A stretch of 64,000 nt of DNA from Octopus bimaculoides (Eukaryota). The position numbers were made by a program, and so were the translations under genes. Below, in pieces: positions 26,707 through 40,118 of the stretch (positions within the stretch are counted from its first letter, which is position 1; each line of letters starts with the position of its first letter). The DNA lies in assembly GCF_001194135.2 (NCBI RefSeq), contig NC_068988.1:3495245-3559244 (forward strand), written 5' to 3'. Below the pieces are notes generated by a model. That model was not told where the DNA came from. It worked only from the letters and a program-made list of their open reading frames with translations, and did no database searches.

Positions 26707-28944
26707 AGAGAAGTTTCCCTGAGACAAATTATTACAGCTAGTGCTGTTTTATGTTTGTATATTCATTATAAATATTATTGTTATTTCAAGTGTGTATATT
26801 AATGTAATATGTGTTCTGTTAATGTAGTTTATGATAGTACTTTGCTGTACCTTCTGATTAATTTAGTAAAGAGCTTAATAACCATATAGCAGATACTGTC
26901 AACATATCAGTAACAATCTCTGATGAACTTCCAACTTAACTTGTATTTATTGCTTTAATTATTTTAGTAACCTTGCTGAAAATGACTTTAAGACATTCCT
27001 CTTTTTAATCCGCTTGGCACACCAGTGATAAATTGCTACTTCACTAATGTTCCATATTTAATACTTTTCTATGTGTTTCTATCTTCGATAGTAAGTATTA
27101 TCCGGCACTGTTTCAGTGTCATCTCACTGTCATCTTGATTCCAGTAAACACACAGTGTAATGACTAATTTGCCTCATTCAGACCTTTCATCATAACAGAG
27201 TGCTACATTAACCCTAACCCTTGCTCTTCCCTTCTTCCCTCTGCTTAGATACATTACAACTTACTTCTCATCCAGCATATTCATATCACTCGTTCTTACT
27301 TTATTTCCTCTGGTTCTGTCAACACACAAATGCAACTCTCTGCAATTCTAATCCTGTTTTCTCCATATTACATCTCCTTAGCTTCTTATAAGAAGCTTAC
27401 ATACCATTGCTCATTCATTTTGATTCAATTCTTGCTATACTAAGTTCCTGTTCTTTTTCTCATCATCCTTTTTTCCATCAGTTCCTATACCTATCTCTCT
27501 ATATTTATCTACCTATCAATATCTCTATTTATTTATTTATCTATTTCACCAACAATATCTCTGATGTGTTCTGATTTTTATAATAAATTTCCCCACTTAA
27601 TATAATAATGTGTAGTCTTGTTCTCTTTTCATTTAAATTAATGGTTGTCACTTGTTGCTCTTTAAATTCTTGGACAGGCAATGTAAACCCCCTTCCTTCA
27701 ACACTGTTCTTTCAGAAACATAATTCTTTTATTCTACATTAAATCTAAAGCAATATTTTGGCAGTGTGGTAATCACTATTCAAATTTTCAGCTGGCATTT
27801 TATTCAAATTTTAAATGTTCTTAACAATCACAAACAAATATGGCATGGAACATATTATTTGTTTTAATGTTATTTTAGAATTTTTCCTGTTTTACCAATA
27901 TTCCGATAATAAAACAAGTCTGTTGCCTAAGTATGTTACTAAATCAAACATTTGTATGATGCATTTAAGAATAATTTTAAATGAAAATACTTAGAGTAAG
28001 AAGATGTAATTATATTTATCTTATCCTCATGCTCATTATTCTGTTGAGATCGGAATACTAATTCTTCTTTCAAGTTTATTTAGTAAAAAAAATAAAAAAT
28101 AAAAAATAAAAACACAGAACAGTAAAAGGTTTTAGCAAGTAACCAAGCTATCTGAAATTGTTGTGCACAATTTCTATCAGTCTTCCTTTGATTATTCTCT
28201 CATTTTCTACTTGCAACAAATCCATTAGATTTTTCAATATGGTGTTCTTCACTGCATATTCTTTATCATGGCAATTTTTTTTTTATTCATTCATTTTAGT
28301 TTATTCCTAAAGTTATATTTGTAGAAAACTCCAACCATACATTATTATAAATGCCAGGATTCAGCTATTTCCCACGATGTATATTTTAACTTCAGCATTT
28401 GTAACCCTTTTGTAATTTTTTTCTTAAAATAAGAAAGAATTATTTTCTCATCACATAAATTTAAAACAGGATAGTAATTTAAAACAATTATATTGCTTGG
28501 GATTGTACTTTATTACACTCCATTCATTACATTATGTAGAAAGAGAGTCAAGAAACTGTTTTAAGAGCTCATGTATCACTTCTCTGCTCTTTTTCAGAAA
28601 ACTATATTAATTTGGTGAGATATAAGAACATATCAAGTAAGAGAATATCTATTATTCATAACTCTAGTTGTTTACCACTAAGTTGCACATCCATCCAGAA
28701 GGGGTAGGTTTACTCTTGAATTAAATGTGGCATCACCAGATCCTGTCCACAACTATTACTGTTTCCATTTGTAGTTGCTGTTGTATACCCCTATTTTTAA
28801 ATGTTTACTTTGTTTTTATTGGACAGGTCAGAAATAAAGGGCTGTTTATTGATTTATAGCCTTCACATTCTGTCCAAGATTAGGGACATCCATTGAATAG
28901 TTGTAAGTTAATGATTGCAGAAAAAAAGATATATCAGAATATCT

Positions 28945-29230
28945 TGTGAGTAGATTTGGTAGACGGAAGCTGAAAGAAGCTTGTTGTATATATATATATA
29001 TATATATNNNNNNNNNNNNNNNNNNNNNNNNNNNNNNNNNNNNNNNNNNNNNNNNNNNNNNNNNNNNNNNNNNNNNNNNNNNNNNNNNNNNNNNNNNNNN
29101 NNNNNNNNNNNNNNNNNNNNNNNNNNNNNNNNNNNNNNNNNNNNNNNNNNNNNNNNNNNNNNNNNNNNNNNNNNNNNNNNNNNNNNNNNNNNNNNNNNNN
29201 NNNNNNNNNNNNNNNNNNNNNNNNNNNNNN

Positions 29231-29272
<42 letters not shown>

Positions 29273-29433
29273 ATGTATTTCTGCATCTGTGCTTGTCCCC
29301 TACCATCGCTCGACAACCGACGTTGGTGTGTTTACGTCCCCCATAACTTAGTGATTTGGCAAAAGAGACTGATTGAAAAAGTACAAGGCTTACAAATAAG
29401 TGCTGGGGTTGATTAGGTCGACTAAAAGTGGTG
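28945..29433 (+). mobile_element. SINE 3' part spanning a (TA)n tract and an N gap
   Basis: gtgagtagatttggtagacggaagctgaaagaagc (TA)n ... cgacaaccgacgttggtgtgtttacgtccccataacttag..gtcgactaaaagtggtgc. Confidence 0.75.
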
Positions 29434-29439
29434 CTTCTT

Positions 29440-30420
29440 GAGAGATGGGTTACTTCCTGGAAAGATCCGAAGATGAGCTACTTCCCGGAAAGTTCCGAAG
29501 ATGGTACTTCCTGGAAAGTTCCAAGGACTCCCTGGGAAGTTCTGAGGATGGGACTTAGGGGGAAATTCCGAGTACTTCCTGGAAAGGTCCGACGATAGTA
29601 CTTCATGGAAAATTCCGGAGATGAGTTATTTCCTGGAAAATTTCGAGTATTCCTGGAAAGTTCCGAGGACGAGCTAATGCTGGAAAATTCTGAGGACTTC
29701 CTGGAAAGTTCTGGAGATGGTTTACGTCCTGGAAAGATCCGAAGATAGTACTTCCTGGAAATTTCCGAGGATGAGCTACTTCCCGGGAAGTTCTTCATGG
29801 AAAGTTCCGAGGTCTTCATGGGAAATTCTGAGGATGTGACTTCCTGGAAGTTCCGAGGACAGGACTTCCTGGAAAGTTGCGGGTGTTGCTGGAAGGTTCC
29901 GGGGTGAGCTACTTCCTGGAAAGTTCCTAGGGTGGTACTTCCTGGAAAGTTCCGGGTATTTACTGGAAAGTACTGAGGGTAGGACTTTCATGGAAAGTTC
30001 CGAGGTTGAGCTACTTACTGGAAAGTTCCGATGATTTCCTAGGAATTTCCGAGGTTGGGACTTCCTGGAATGTTCTGAGGTTGAACTATTGCCTGGAAAG
30101 TTCCGAGGATGGTACTTTCTGGAAAGTTTCGGAGATTAGCTACTTCCTGGATACTTCCGAGAAGGCAGCGAATTACTTCATGGAAAGTTCTGAGGAGGGG
30201 AGGAGTCACATCCTGTATAGTTCCGATGAGGGCTGCGAATTACTTCCTGGAGAATTCTGAGGAGGAGGCATGAATTACTTCCTAGAAAGTTCCGAGATGG
30301 GGAAGAATTACTTTCTGGAAAGTTCCGAGGAGTGGTAATATATTCCTGGAAAGTTCTAAGGAATTACTTCTTGGAAAGTTCCGAGGTGGAGGAGGAATTA
30401 CTTCCTGGAAAGTTCCAAGG
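29440..30420. repeat. Minisatellite, ~37 units of 20-35 bp, core TACTTCCTGGAAAGTTCCGAGG
   Basis: Counted directly from the sequence. The core is quasi-palindromic (ACTTCCTGGAAAGT) and the spacers vary. Confidence 0.95.
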
Positions 30421-30431
30421 AGTCCACAAAG

Positions 30432-30578
30432 TGATAATGTTGATGACAATTATGATGACAATGATACTGATGATGATGACAACGACAATGATGGGAGCTG
30501 GAGTGAGGATGGTGGTGGTGCTGCTGCCACTGCTGGTGGTGGTGGCTGTGGTGATGATTTTGGTGATGATGATGATAT
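30432..30578. repeat. (GAT)n/(GGT)n low-complexity tract
   Basis: Degenerate tgatgatgac / ggtggtggtg triplets; source of spurious ORFs 30332-30630. Confidence 0.85.
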
Positions 30579-32374
30579 TACTTGGCTCTTCAAATTCCTG
30601 GTTAGCTGTCTTATGAATAGAAATGTTCAAAATGGTTTATTTGTCTAGAAATCTTCTGTGACCCTCAGCATTTTTGTGTGACATAAAGGTGTGCAAATAC
30701 CTAATTAAACAAGCTTTGCATGTCAAAGGATGACATTTGATAAACAAAGGAATTTGACTGAGTTTGCAATCACACAAGACAAGTCATATGACCTGATTGA
30801 CCAAAAATCGATCCTGTCTCTGGAATCAGTAAGGATTTCATGAGCATTTATAAACACTTTTAATTCAAACTAGTAACACCGAAACTAAAGTTGGCCAAAT
30901 ATGTTTATTGGCCCATATAAGAGTATGGGTCTATTGACCATTTTTTCTCTCTACAACCTGAATGTGACAGTAAAGAAGTTTTTTCTGTTGTGCACAACAG
31001 CATGAAGTAATTTTGAATGAACTGCCCAGTGATTAGTGATCAATATTGCTCTTAGAATATCGACTATTGTGACACTATCTGTATTTATTTTACCCAGTTA
31101 CCATATGGCTATAAAAGAGCCTTAACATGGTTGATTAAATTGCTTAAACTAACAGCCAAATCTCCCTCATATCACATCATGCTAACTCAAGAAGATTTGA
31201 AAAGAAAAGAATGGGTGGCACATTGTACTCCTACATACATTATACCTGAAAAGAGTCAGGGTGTTCGTGGCTGGAACTTCTTTGAATACAAGTCTGCTTG
31301 ATCAGAGCCAATCAGGGTTAAACAACAACAAAGGCAGCTAAGGATTTTTCCTTTCCTAGATGAAGAGAGAAGTTTCCAGGAAAGGAAAATATAAAAGTAT
31401 ATTAGAAGTATGGTTTGCTAAGATAGTATTATGATATGAAAGGTTCAGAGAAACAGGGATTTCTCTGGCAGCACCATATTGACCAAGAAGATTGAAATTA
31501 AAGAGAACCAAGCAGTTTTCAAAGGTAATTCCACAACAGATTCTGTATGTTAAGAATATAACATACTTCCGATGACAAAGAAAACCAATAGAAAAAGGTA
31601 AAATAATAGGAATGGTCGATATGAAAAGAATGAAATCATAAAACGAGGCTGGGAAGCAATGATAGTAATAAGAGAAGATTGAAAGAGAAACTGAATTATA
31701 AAGTTTTCAATAGAATAAGGGTTTATAATGGAAGTATTAAAGGATGAGAATAACGGGAGAGAGATGGAAGCGGAAATATGGATACTGAGTAAGGTATTGT
31801 GTAATTGTAAAAATTGGTTAACAGTATTATGTTGCTATGTAAGTCTTATTTCCATATTTCTCTCAGCAAATCAAAGAAAAAAAGAATCTCATACTTTTCT
31901 AAATAATTCTCTGAAATTATTAAGGGAAACAGCTGGACATTAAAAGCATTCACTGAAGTATATAGCAGATAAGATGTCTAGATTAGAAAGACATCAGAAG
32001 ATATATGCTGAAGACTGAATTGTTGTCACACAAATGTGGTAGATATTGTGGTATATGTAGAGCAAGAAACACTTAAAAATGATTGTGGTAATTATGTTAG
32101 ATTTTTGAAGTATTAATGAAAAACAGGATTAAACATTACTCAATCAGTTAATCAGTGCAGTATGAATAAAGAAAAGCATTCTTCCAAAATTAAAGTTTTG
32201 AGATTTACAATATATATATATGGAGAGAAAGGTTATGTGCTTTGGTCCAGCAGATCTGACTTTCTAACCACCAGAAAACTACTTGGAAGCATCCCCAATC
32301 AAGCCATTATCGCCTCATTGATTACATAATTGTGAGAGCTTCCATGAGCAAAGATGTCCAAGTAACACATTCTT

Positions 32375-32517
32375 TCTCTATAGGGTTGCAGAGTCTTCTC
32401 ACGCACAGCATATTTCCAAAGGTCTCGGTCAGAAGTCATCGCCTCGGTGAGGCCCAATGTTCGAAGGTCGTGCCTCACCACCTCATCCCAGGTCTTCCTG
32501 GGCCTACCTCTTCCATT
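32375..32517 (-). mobile_element. RTE LINE 3' ORF fragment
   Basis: GRGRPRKTWDEVVRHDLRTLGLTEAMTSDRDLWKYAVREKT, nearly identical to 41660-41790. Confidence 0.9.
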
Positions 32518-32829
32518 ATTTATTAATGTTCAAGGTTGGTGTGGATCGGCAGAATTGCTAGAGCATCGGAGAAACACTTTGCAGATTTTGACTTGGTTTT
32601 TTTATGATCTGATTTCAAATCCCATCCGAGTAAATATTTCCCTTTGTCCTTTTGGAGCCAATAAAACAAAGTTCTGGGACATATAGAACTGAGATGCTGC
32701 CAACCTGTGAAAAGTGGCTTTCACCTACATTAGAAACCATTATTTATGTGTTGGTATTAGAATTAATTCTAAAGCAGCAGACTCGAAGAATCATCACCAC
32801 ACCAGACAAAATGCTTTATGGCATTTCTT

Positions 32830-32982
32830 CTGACCTTACTTTCTGAGTTCAAAATGCTGCTAGCATCAATTTTGCCTTTCACCCTTTCAGAGTCAATAAA
32901 ATACCAGTTATGCATTGGGGTCAATTTACTTGACTTACCTCCTTCCCTGAAATTGCTGGCCTTGTGGCAAAATTTGAAACTG
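32830..32982 (+). mobile_element. SINE
   Basis: ttctgagttcaaaatgctgc..tttgcctttcaccctttcagagtcaataaaataccagtt..gaaattgctggccttgtggcaaaatttgaa. Confidence 0.7.
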
Positions 32983-33559
32983 ATATGAGGCTATGTGTGT
33001 GTCTGAGATAGCAAGAAAGCTAACTGATGCTTCAGATTGTTTAGTTTCGGTGAGTTATGGTTCCTGTTTAGAATCAGACAAAAGGAGAAACTTCTTAACA
33101 CTTACATGGTTGAAGCAATGGAGAGTCATAACTTGAGAAATGCACAATTTAAATAAATTCAACAACTGGCTAAATACAGAATTTGTACTAACTCAACAAG
33201 TGGTCAATAAATTGTGAATATTGTGTAATTAGCCTGTATGTTCTCTGTCAACTTAGACAAGAGTATCAGCAAAGAGAATTCAACCAAATCTGATATACAT
33301 CAGCCGTGTCAAAACAATTTACAATCATGACAACAGATGAGGAAGCATTAGGCATTCATATAAATTAAAAACCATATAAATTGTCCCTCTAATTATTCTT
33401 CTAATATATTGATTTTTACTTTAGACATGTCCAGGGTGAAGTGCAATCAATTAAATAGATCTGGACTATTGCTGCTACTTATTTTATTAATACCATTTGG
33501 ACGACAAATGGACTGACTCACAGAGATTTAGAATGAAGAACAAAGATTAATTACCTTAG

Positions 33560-33960
33560 GGAAGTACAAGTAGAAGTTGAGGAAAAGAAGAGGAGATGGA
33601 GACATACAGTGTGGAGGACAAGTGAAAGTTCCTATGAGATAACCTCATGATAACCAGGCAGCAAATCTGTGGCTGGCACAAAGTTTTAGCCAGACTGAGA
33701 GTAACATGGTAGTCAGAGCAGTAAAGTAGACAGGGCCATGAGGGTGAAGAAACACACTTGGAAAGACTGCAAACATGACGATGGCAGAGAATTATATCAG
33801 GTAAATAGCAAAGAAGCTAAGCAACAGGTTTACCTTGCAAGGAAAGAAGAGGAAGAAGTTTGCCAATGTTCTACAGTGTGAGGGGTTCTAGATTGCAAGA
33901 CAATATATTTGAGAGAACTGAGATGTTGTAGGTGAGAACAGTATAAAAATGGTACACATG
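33560..33960 (+). mobile_element. RTE LINE fragment (endonuclease-RT linker)
   Basis: Decayed frames give VDRAMRVKKHTWKDCK, ..KFANVLQ and IARQYI*EN*DVVGE, resembling RTE linker motifs. Confidence 0.65.
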
Positions 33961-34089
33961 CAACAACTCACAAGTGTGAAAAGAAAATGCACAGAGGTTG
34001 CTATTTCTCTTGTCAACAAGTTTACTTCACACCTTTGAAGATGTGGAATAAGAGACCAGTTTTTTGGAAGGAACGGTTAGATAACTGAA

Positions 34090-36652
34090 AGAGCATCTAG
34101 ATGTGAAACAATACATCAATGATATATTCATCTAACCCATACTGGCATGGACAAAACATAAGTGAGATAAACAAACAAATAAATGGACACACTTTAATAG
34201 AAAAAAAATACATAATACAAATACAAAAAGCTAAAAACAACTATAGAAATATATAAAAAAATCAATAAATCATTAAAATTGTAAACATTAAGAACCTGAA
34301 ACCAAAGCACCATAAAAAAAAAAGATTAAAACAAGTAATTAGAAAATACACAACAAAATCAAATCTCAGCAGACTTGCAAAACATTTGACTAAAAGATGT
34401 TAAACTAGAATTAACCATCGAGGGACATATGAATATATGGGAATGTAAGAGTGAGTTAAAGGTAGAAAAAATATAGCTGGTAATTTTGAATCTACAGGTG
34501 TAAATAGTTAAAAAAGAAAAAATCAATAGAAAAACTTTTATGGACCAATGAAAGAAAAAAACTTGTAAATAAAATATCATTAAGAATAACAAAAAACACA
34601 AACTGATCAATCACAGACATCGTGGAAAGAAGCACCAATATCGATATCACATGGAGAAATCTTTAACTCATTGCATCAGCTACAGTAGGCACCAAGGAAT
34701 GAGGATGACTCTTCAAAGCTTTGCATATAAGAACATCGAAAATCTAACACAAAACAAGGAAAACAAACTTGAGATAAAAACATGAAGTAAAATATAACAT
34801 CTCAATCTTTAATGATATCAACAGCTAAAACAAAAACTAGAAAATAAAAAGGAGATATATACCACCAAAACATAACAAGAAAGAAGAGCCCCGAATCAAA
34901 GAATGCCTAAGACAAAAGATCCTTGCTACATCGCAAAGAATTTGTCGTTATGAAAAGCGATAACATTTCTTTGAACTAAAACATTTTGTTGATTATACAA
35001 AGAACAAAGTAAAAAAGAAAAAAATCAATGCAACACCATTAAGAAGAAAAGTAACAGATTTTTGTGGGGGAAGATGTATAAACAGCAGATGGATTGCCAA
35101 AGGTGAAAATGTTAAAAGCAACAAGAATAAGAGCAAAAAATTCCAGGGAAGAAATTCTAATGAAGAATTAACACAGCTACTACAAAATACAAATAACTGG
35201 AAAACACTCAGAATTGATAAAGTGTCAAATTTCTGGCTACAAATTTAACATAAGCCCACAAAAATGCAAAGCTATTCAATGATTTCCTCTCGGGGCTTGA
35301 AACAATATCTTAATGTTTCAGTGAGAAAACCACTGTCTTAATCCACAAAATAAACATCAATGCCACAAAACTACAACCTCTAACCTGCTACCTATTGTAT
35401 ACAATGCCTTAACAGAAATGTTATCACAAAAGATAAATGTTCACCTCAGAGGAACAACATACCATCAGAAGAGAAGGATAGTGTTAAGGCTCTTATGGAT
35501 GATCAACAAAACCATAATTGAAAATATGAGAAGAAAGGAGAATGCCATGGGTTAATCGTAATTACCATGAAGCTTCTGGAAGCAGAGTTCCACAATTGTG
35601 TATTCTTGAAACATTAGCTATGAATACAGTAGCACTAATGTAAAGTTTCTAAAACAGAAGTTAAAGAAATTATGAAGAAAAACCAAGAAACTAAATGACC
35701 AGGTTTTCAAGAACAATGTGCTACATCAAAGAAAGATTCTGTTTGTCTCTAATATGGTACGAGTCTTTCTGGAATAATAAATCATTGTAAAATTTCTAAA
35801 AATGGTTACAATATGAGTAAAAATGAAAAGAATTAAATTAAATTATGTGAATAGAAAATGACAATCTAGTAAAGTTACAGTCTAACAAATTCTCTGCAAG
35901 AGTGACCAAACCAGAGATGAGTAAATAAAGAAAGTAAATGCTAAGGCCTGAGATGCCCAAGATTTGAAAGTGAGACAGAAGGGTTTTTGATAATTGCACA
36001 GCACTATAATCTCTCAAGTGGAACAGGAGCAAAACTTATAAACTGCCATATATGTAGAGGCTGAGAAGAAAGAATCATCCATATTTGATTCTAATTATCA
36101 TTTAGTTTCCACCAAAATAATTTATAAAATGCCATGACATGATTTTTACTGTTCAAGAGTATTGTCAAAAGATGAACCAATGAGGTGGGAGAGGGGGTCT
36201 CAATATAGTTAGACAACCTGTAAGAAAAAAAACCCAAAACAAATCTCCTGTATACCATAACCTTCAGTCTTAAAAATGTAAGGGCATATTGGATAATCTG
36301 ATTCTGGATGCAAACTGCTAGAAAAATAAGCAAGATTGTCATGGCTTGACTACCTTTCACCATAAGGTTGCTCAGTTAGAGTTAATAAGAACTCTGCAAA
36401 AGGATAGTATGAACAAATGCTATAAAAAGTCTCAGACTAATTTCTTAGACATTATTGTCAAAGTTCAGCAAGAAGGAACAAGGGGGGAAAAATACAAGTC
36501 TTCCAAACAACTTATTAAGTTGAAGACAAAACAATATATCTCCGAAAGAAATATACCTGGAAATGGAGACATGTGAGGATTGAAAAACAGAACTAATCTC
36601 AATAATAACAACAGCAACAATAATAACAACAATAATAATAATAATAATAATG

Positions 36653-36683
<31 letters not shown>

Positions 36684-36960
36684 CAATAATAATAAATATC
36701 TTGAGAACGATTTTCAAGCATTGCATACAAAAATAAAAGTAAAACATCAGGACTTAGGAACATAGACAATGTACAGAAATAATAGTATTAGATAGCGTAC
36801 ATATATTATATAGAGTACACTTAATACAATAGAAAAACAAAACCAAACACAGTATGTACCCAAGGCACAAGGAGCTGCATTCACTTTCACTGTAAAAGCA
36901 CACAATCATATGACTATGAGAATAGTAGTAATGATAATACTATTATTAATCATGATAGTA
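34090..36960 (+). mobile_element. Dong/R4-clade LINE, heavily decayed (pre-RT region, RT start, C-terminal region, 3' UTR)
   Basis: Fragments LRQKILATSQRICRYEKR (~34907), IDKVSNFWL (~35215), LRCPRFESETEGFLIIAQ (~35965), SGCKLL (~36305) and DIIVK (~36450). The 3' UTR piece cccaaggcacaaggagctgc (~36860) matches the Dong tail at ~63490. Confidence 0.75.
36599..36695. repeat. (AAT/AAC)n microsatellite inside the Dong remnant
   Basis: Direct reading. Confidence 0.9.
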
Positions 36961-38065
36961 GTTATTTCTTTATTTGCTTGAAGGGAAAAAGAACAACAAA
37001 AACAAAACAATACATAGGAGAACATAGAGAGCTGAGGTGTGGTAAGCACGTAACTATTAATAACAAACGTTACTATATATATATAGAGAGAGAGATGCAG
37101 ATAAACACAATTAGGCTTGACTCATATATATATACACATACATATATATGTATGTATGTGTATANNNNNNNNNNNNNNNACAGATATATATATATATGTA
37201 TATGTATGTATGTATATGTATATATACATATATATGTATGTAAATCTATATATATATATTCAGAAATATAAACATATATATACATATACACACACACAAA
37301 TACATTTATATATGGCATTTTCTCTCATTCGCATGACATGTGATCTTCGTGTACCTTCCACTTGATAGTTCACTTCTTTTGGAGGATTTTTCATGGTAGA
37401 ATTAATTATTTATTGTATAATGTAAACCAAAGGATAAAAGATCAAATCCTACCAAAACAGAGGTTCTCAAAGGGAAAGGAAATCTGAGCCTTCAAGAAGA
37501 TTGGGGCATATTCCACAGTTTGGGCATCCACACTGTCATATAAACAGTGACTATCATTTCAAATCTAGCATGCAAACATGTCTGGCCATATACTTTCTTA
37601 TACTTTTTTTTGTTTATGCCCATGTAGTTTCATCTCTCTCTCACTTATACAAACACACATACACATTCACACATACATTCACTCACATCATTAAAATACA
37701 GTTGAAGTAGGTACGTAAATTGAGGCAGCAAGCCAGTTCAGTATAGTCCAAAGAGCTCCAAGATAGGTGAACAGAATGTAAATTAGTAACAAGGATGTCC
37801 AGGTATCAATACATTACAGCCATTTCAAGTGGCTCCATTTAATCGATCAATGAAAATATCACATCAATTGGAAAGAAACTGCTCTCTTCGAAAGTAGATG
37901 ACCATATAGATTTCAACACAAAGGAGAAGCCATCTTTAAAATGGTTTATTCATTACAAAACACCTGTAATGTTGATGGTACTTGAGTTCCTAGTAAACAG
38001 GATCAAATAAACCTCTCACACTCTCTCATCATGTTCATATACATATATATATATATGAGTGTTTG

Positions 38066-38118
<53 letters not shown>

Positions 38119-38129
38119 NNNNNNNNNNA

Positions 38130-39391
38130 TTGTCATGTAAATTATGTAAAAATGAAAATAACACTGTCATCTCATTTTAACAGATATATTTACCAAACTT
38201 ACACAAAAACAACTTGAAATATTAAAAAGTAAATTAATTCAATAAAATTGCCATTAGCTTCAACCATGGCCTCCAGACGATTTTGGAATCAATGCAACTC
38301 TTTTGAATGGTCTCCTTGTTTAAGTTGAATGCTGCTGTAATCCTTGCCTTCAGTTCACCTTTTGTATTACTAGGAGTTTTCTTGGTCTCTCGCTCAACTG
38401 CACCCCACACATAATAATCAAGGGGGTTACAGTCTGAGGAGTTAGGTGGCCAGATGATAGGGGTGATGTGGTTGCAGAAATTGTCTGACAGCCATGACTG
38501 GGTTCTACTTGTGTGGCATAGTGCAGAGTCCTGTTGCCAGACATAGGGTCTTCTAGCAGCCACTCTCTTGACCCAGGGCAGCACTACCTCTTCCAGGCAT
38601 TTGATGTAGACCCCTGTGTTGAGTCTGAAACCATATGAGAAGATGAATGGAAGCATAACATCGCCATCACTCGTGATCACTTCAAAAACCAAGATGTTGA
38701 CCGGACATTTGATTTTTATCACTCTCAGTACATGTTTTGGGGATATGACAATCCAATGGTTGTTCTGTGCGTTCACCAACTCACTTGGCAGAAATTTTTC
38801 TCATCTGAGAAAAATCAAATCATATTCGGATTGAGAGATTGCTTTAGTTTGTTCAAAAGCTTTGTAGGGCGGTCTTTCCTCTTGTCCTTGATGGCTTCGG
38901 ATAAAAACTGGCCCTTTCTCATCTTGTATGAGGAATACTGAATGCCTTCATGCACTACCTGCCTCGTAAGATACTCAGACACTCCCATGTCACAAGTGAT
39001 GAACTTGTTTGACTTGGAGGGATTGTTGTCAATCATGGCCTGGATCTTACCAACAAATTCAAGAGTTCTTTTCTTATCAGAACAATCAAAGTGAATTTTC
39101 CAAGCTGACGTACCTTCATAATCACCATTAGACTCTTTCCAAATCCTCTGCACTGACCTCAGAATGATACCCCAAAACTCTGAAATGTCCGTATTGGAGC
39201 TGCTGGCACAAATGCCAAACAATGCAGCATGTCGTTTCCAAATTTTTGGCAGAATGAATTGCATCATGGTGCTGTCTTTCTCACAGGTGGTGCCCAACTG
39301 ACCCTACTATACTGTGTAGTCAACAAAATTAAAAACAATGTGCATGAACGAAATAAACATTTTAAATGGCAACAATCTATCCATCATACCC

Positions 39392-39393
<2 letters not shown>
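38130..39393 (-). mobile_element. Tc1/mariner transposon, maT (DD37D)-like, near full length, transposase disrupted
   Basis: ORFs 38815-39297 and 38234-38779 plus the linker encode FSDEKNF, WQQDSALCH and WPPNSSDCNPLDYYVW. There is an in-frame stop at ~38815 and frameshifts at ~38785 and ~38290, where the alternate frame reads FQNRLEAMVEANGNFIE. The terminus at 39393 reads CAGGGTA.. on the minus strand. The other terminus is not visible next to the gap at 38119-38128. Confidence 0.9.
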
Positions 39394-39436
<43 letters not shown>

Positions 39437-40066
39437 CTATATGTACATACATATATATTGTATACACACACATATAGGAAGAGGGAGGGGGTAGAGGAAG
39501 AGACAAAGCTCTCCATGCTGAAAGGGAATATTTAAATATTAAATCTTCGAAGAATTATATTGAATGACTGAGTATTTCTTTGGAAGTAAAGAGTGTAAAT
39601 GCAACATTTTTTTTTTTTTCCTGATGCATTAGATGTGAAATATAGTGATTAATAAACGTTGCTTTGGGAGAGATTAGAGAATAATTGAAATATCTTGCTA
39701 CTGGCAAAATACAGACTGTTACCATAATTTTTCTATTATATCATAACCATCTAATTAGCTTTATTTGATTCCATTTAGGTTACAAGATGGTTTTCTACAA
39801 TAGGCATTTATAAATGAGGACAAAATCTTGATGCAATAGATCTACCAATTTTTCTTATTTTATTTTTTTTTTTATTGTGTAACTTTCCTTGCTCAAAGGA
39901 TTGTTGCTTCAAGAATATTTAACCAATGGCTGTTTAGAGAAATTTCTGCTTTTAGCTATATTAAATACATTTCATCATGCAGACTGACATTAGCATATAC
40001 ATTTACTGATTATTCACAAATGTATGCATACATTTTGCCATGTACATTTATCTCTCTCTCTCTATG

Positions 40067-40118
<52 letters not shown>

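Noticed and set aside
27205-27216. taaccctaaccc telomere-like repeat
   Set aside because: Only two units, expected by chance.
29478-30260. Ser/Glu-rich ORFs 29478-29819, 29776-29991 and 30006-30260
   Set aside because: Translations of the minisatellite; unit lengths are not multiples of three.
29440-30420. CRISPR-like repeat/spacer appearance
   Set aside because: Eukaryotic DNA; the repeats are degenerate, the spacers are short and related to each other, and there are no cas genes.
31440-31945. Possible CR1/L2-like remnant on the minus strand
   Set aside because: Motifs too degraded to support a call.
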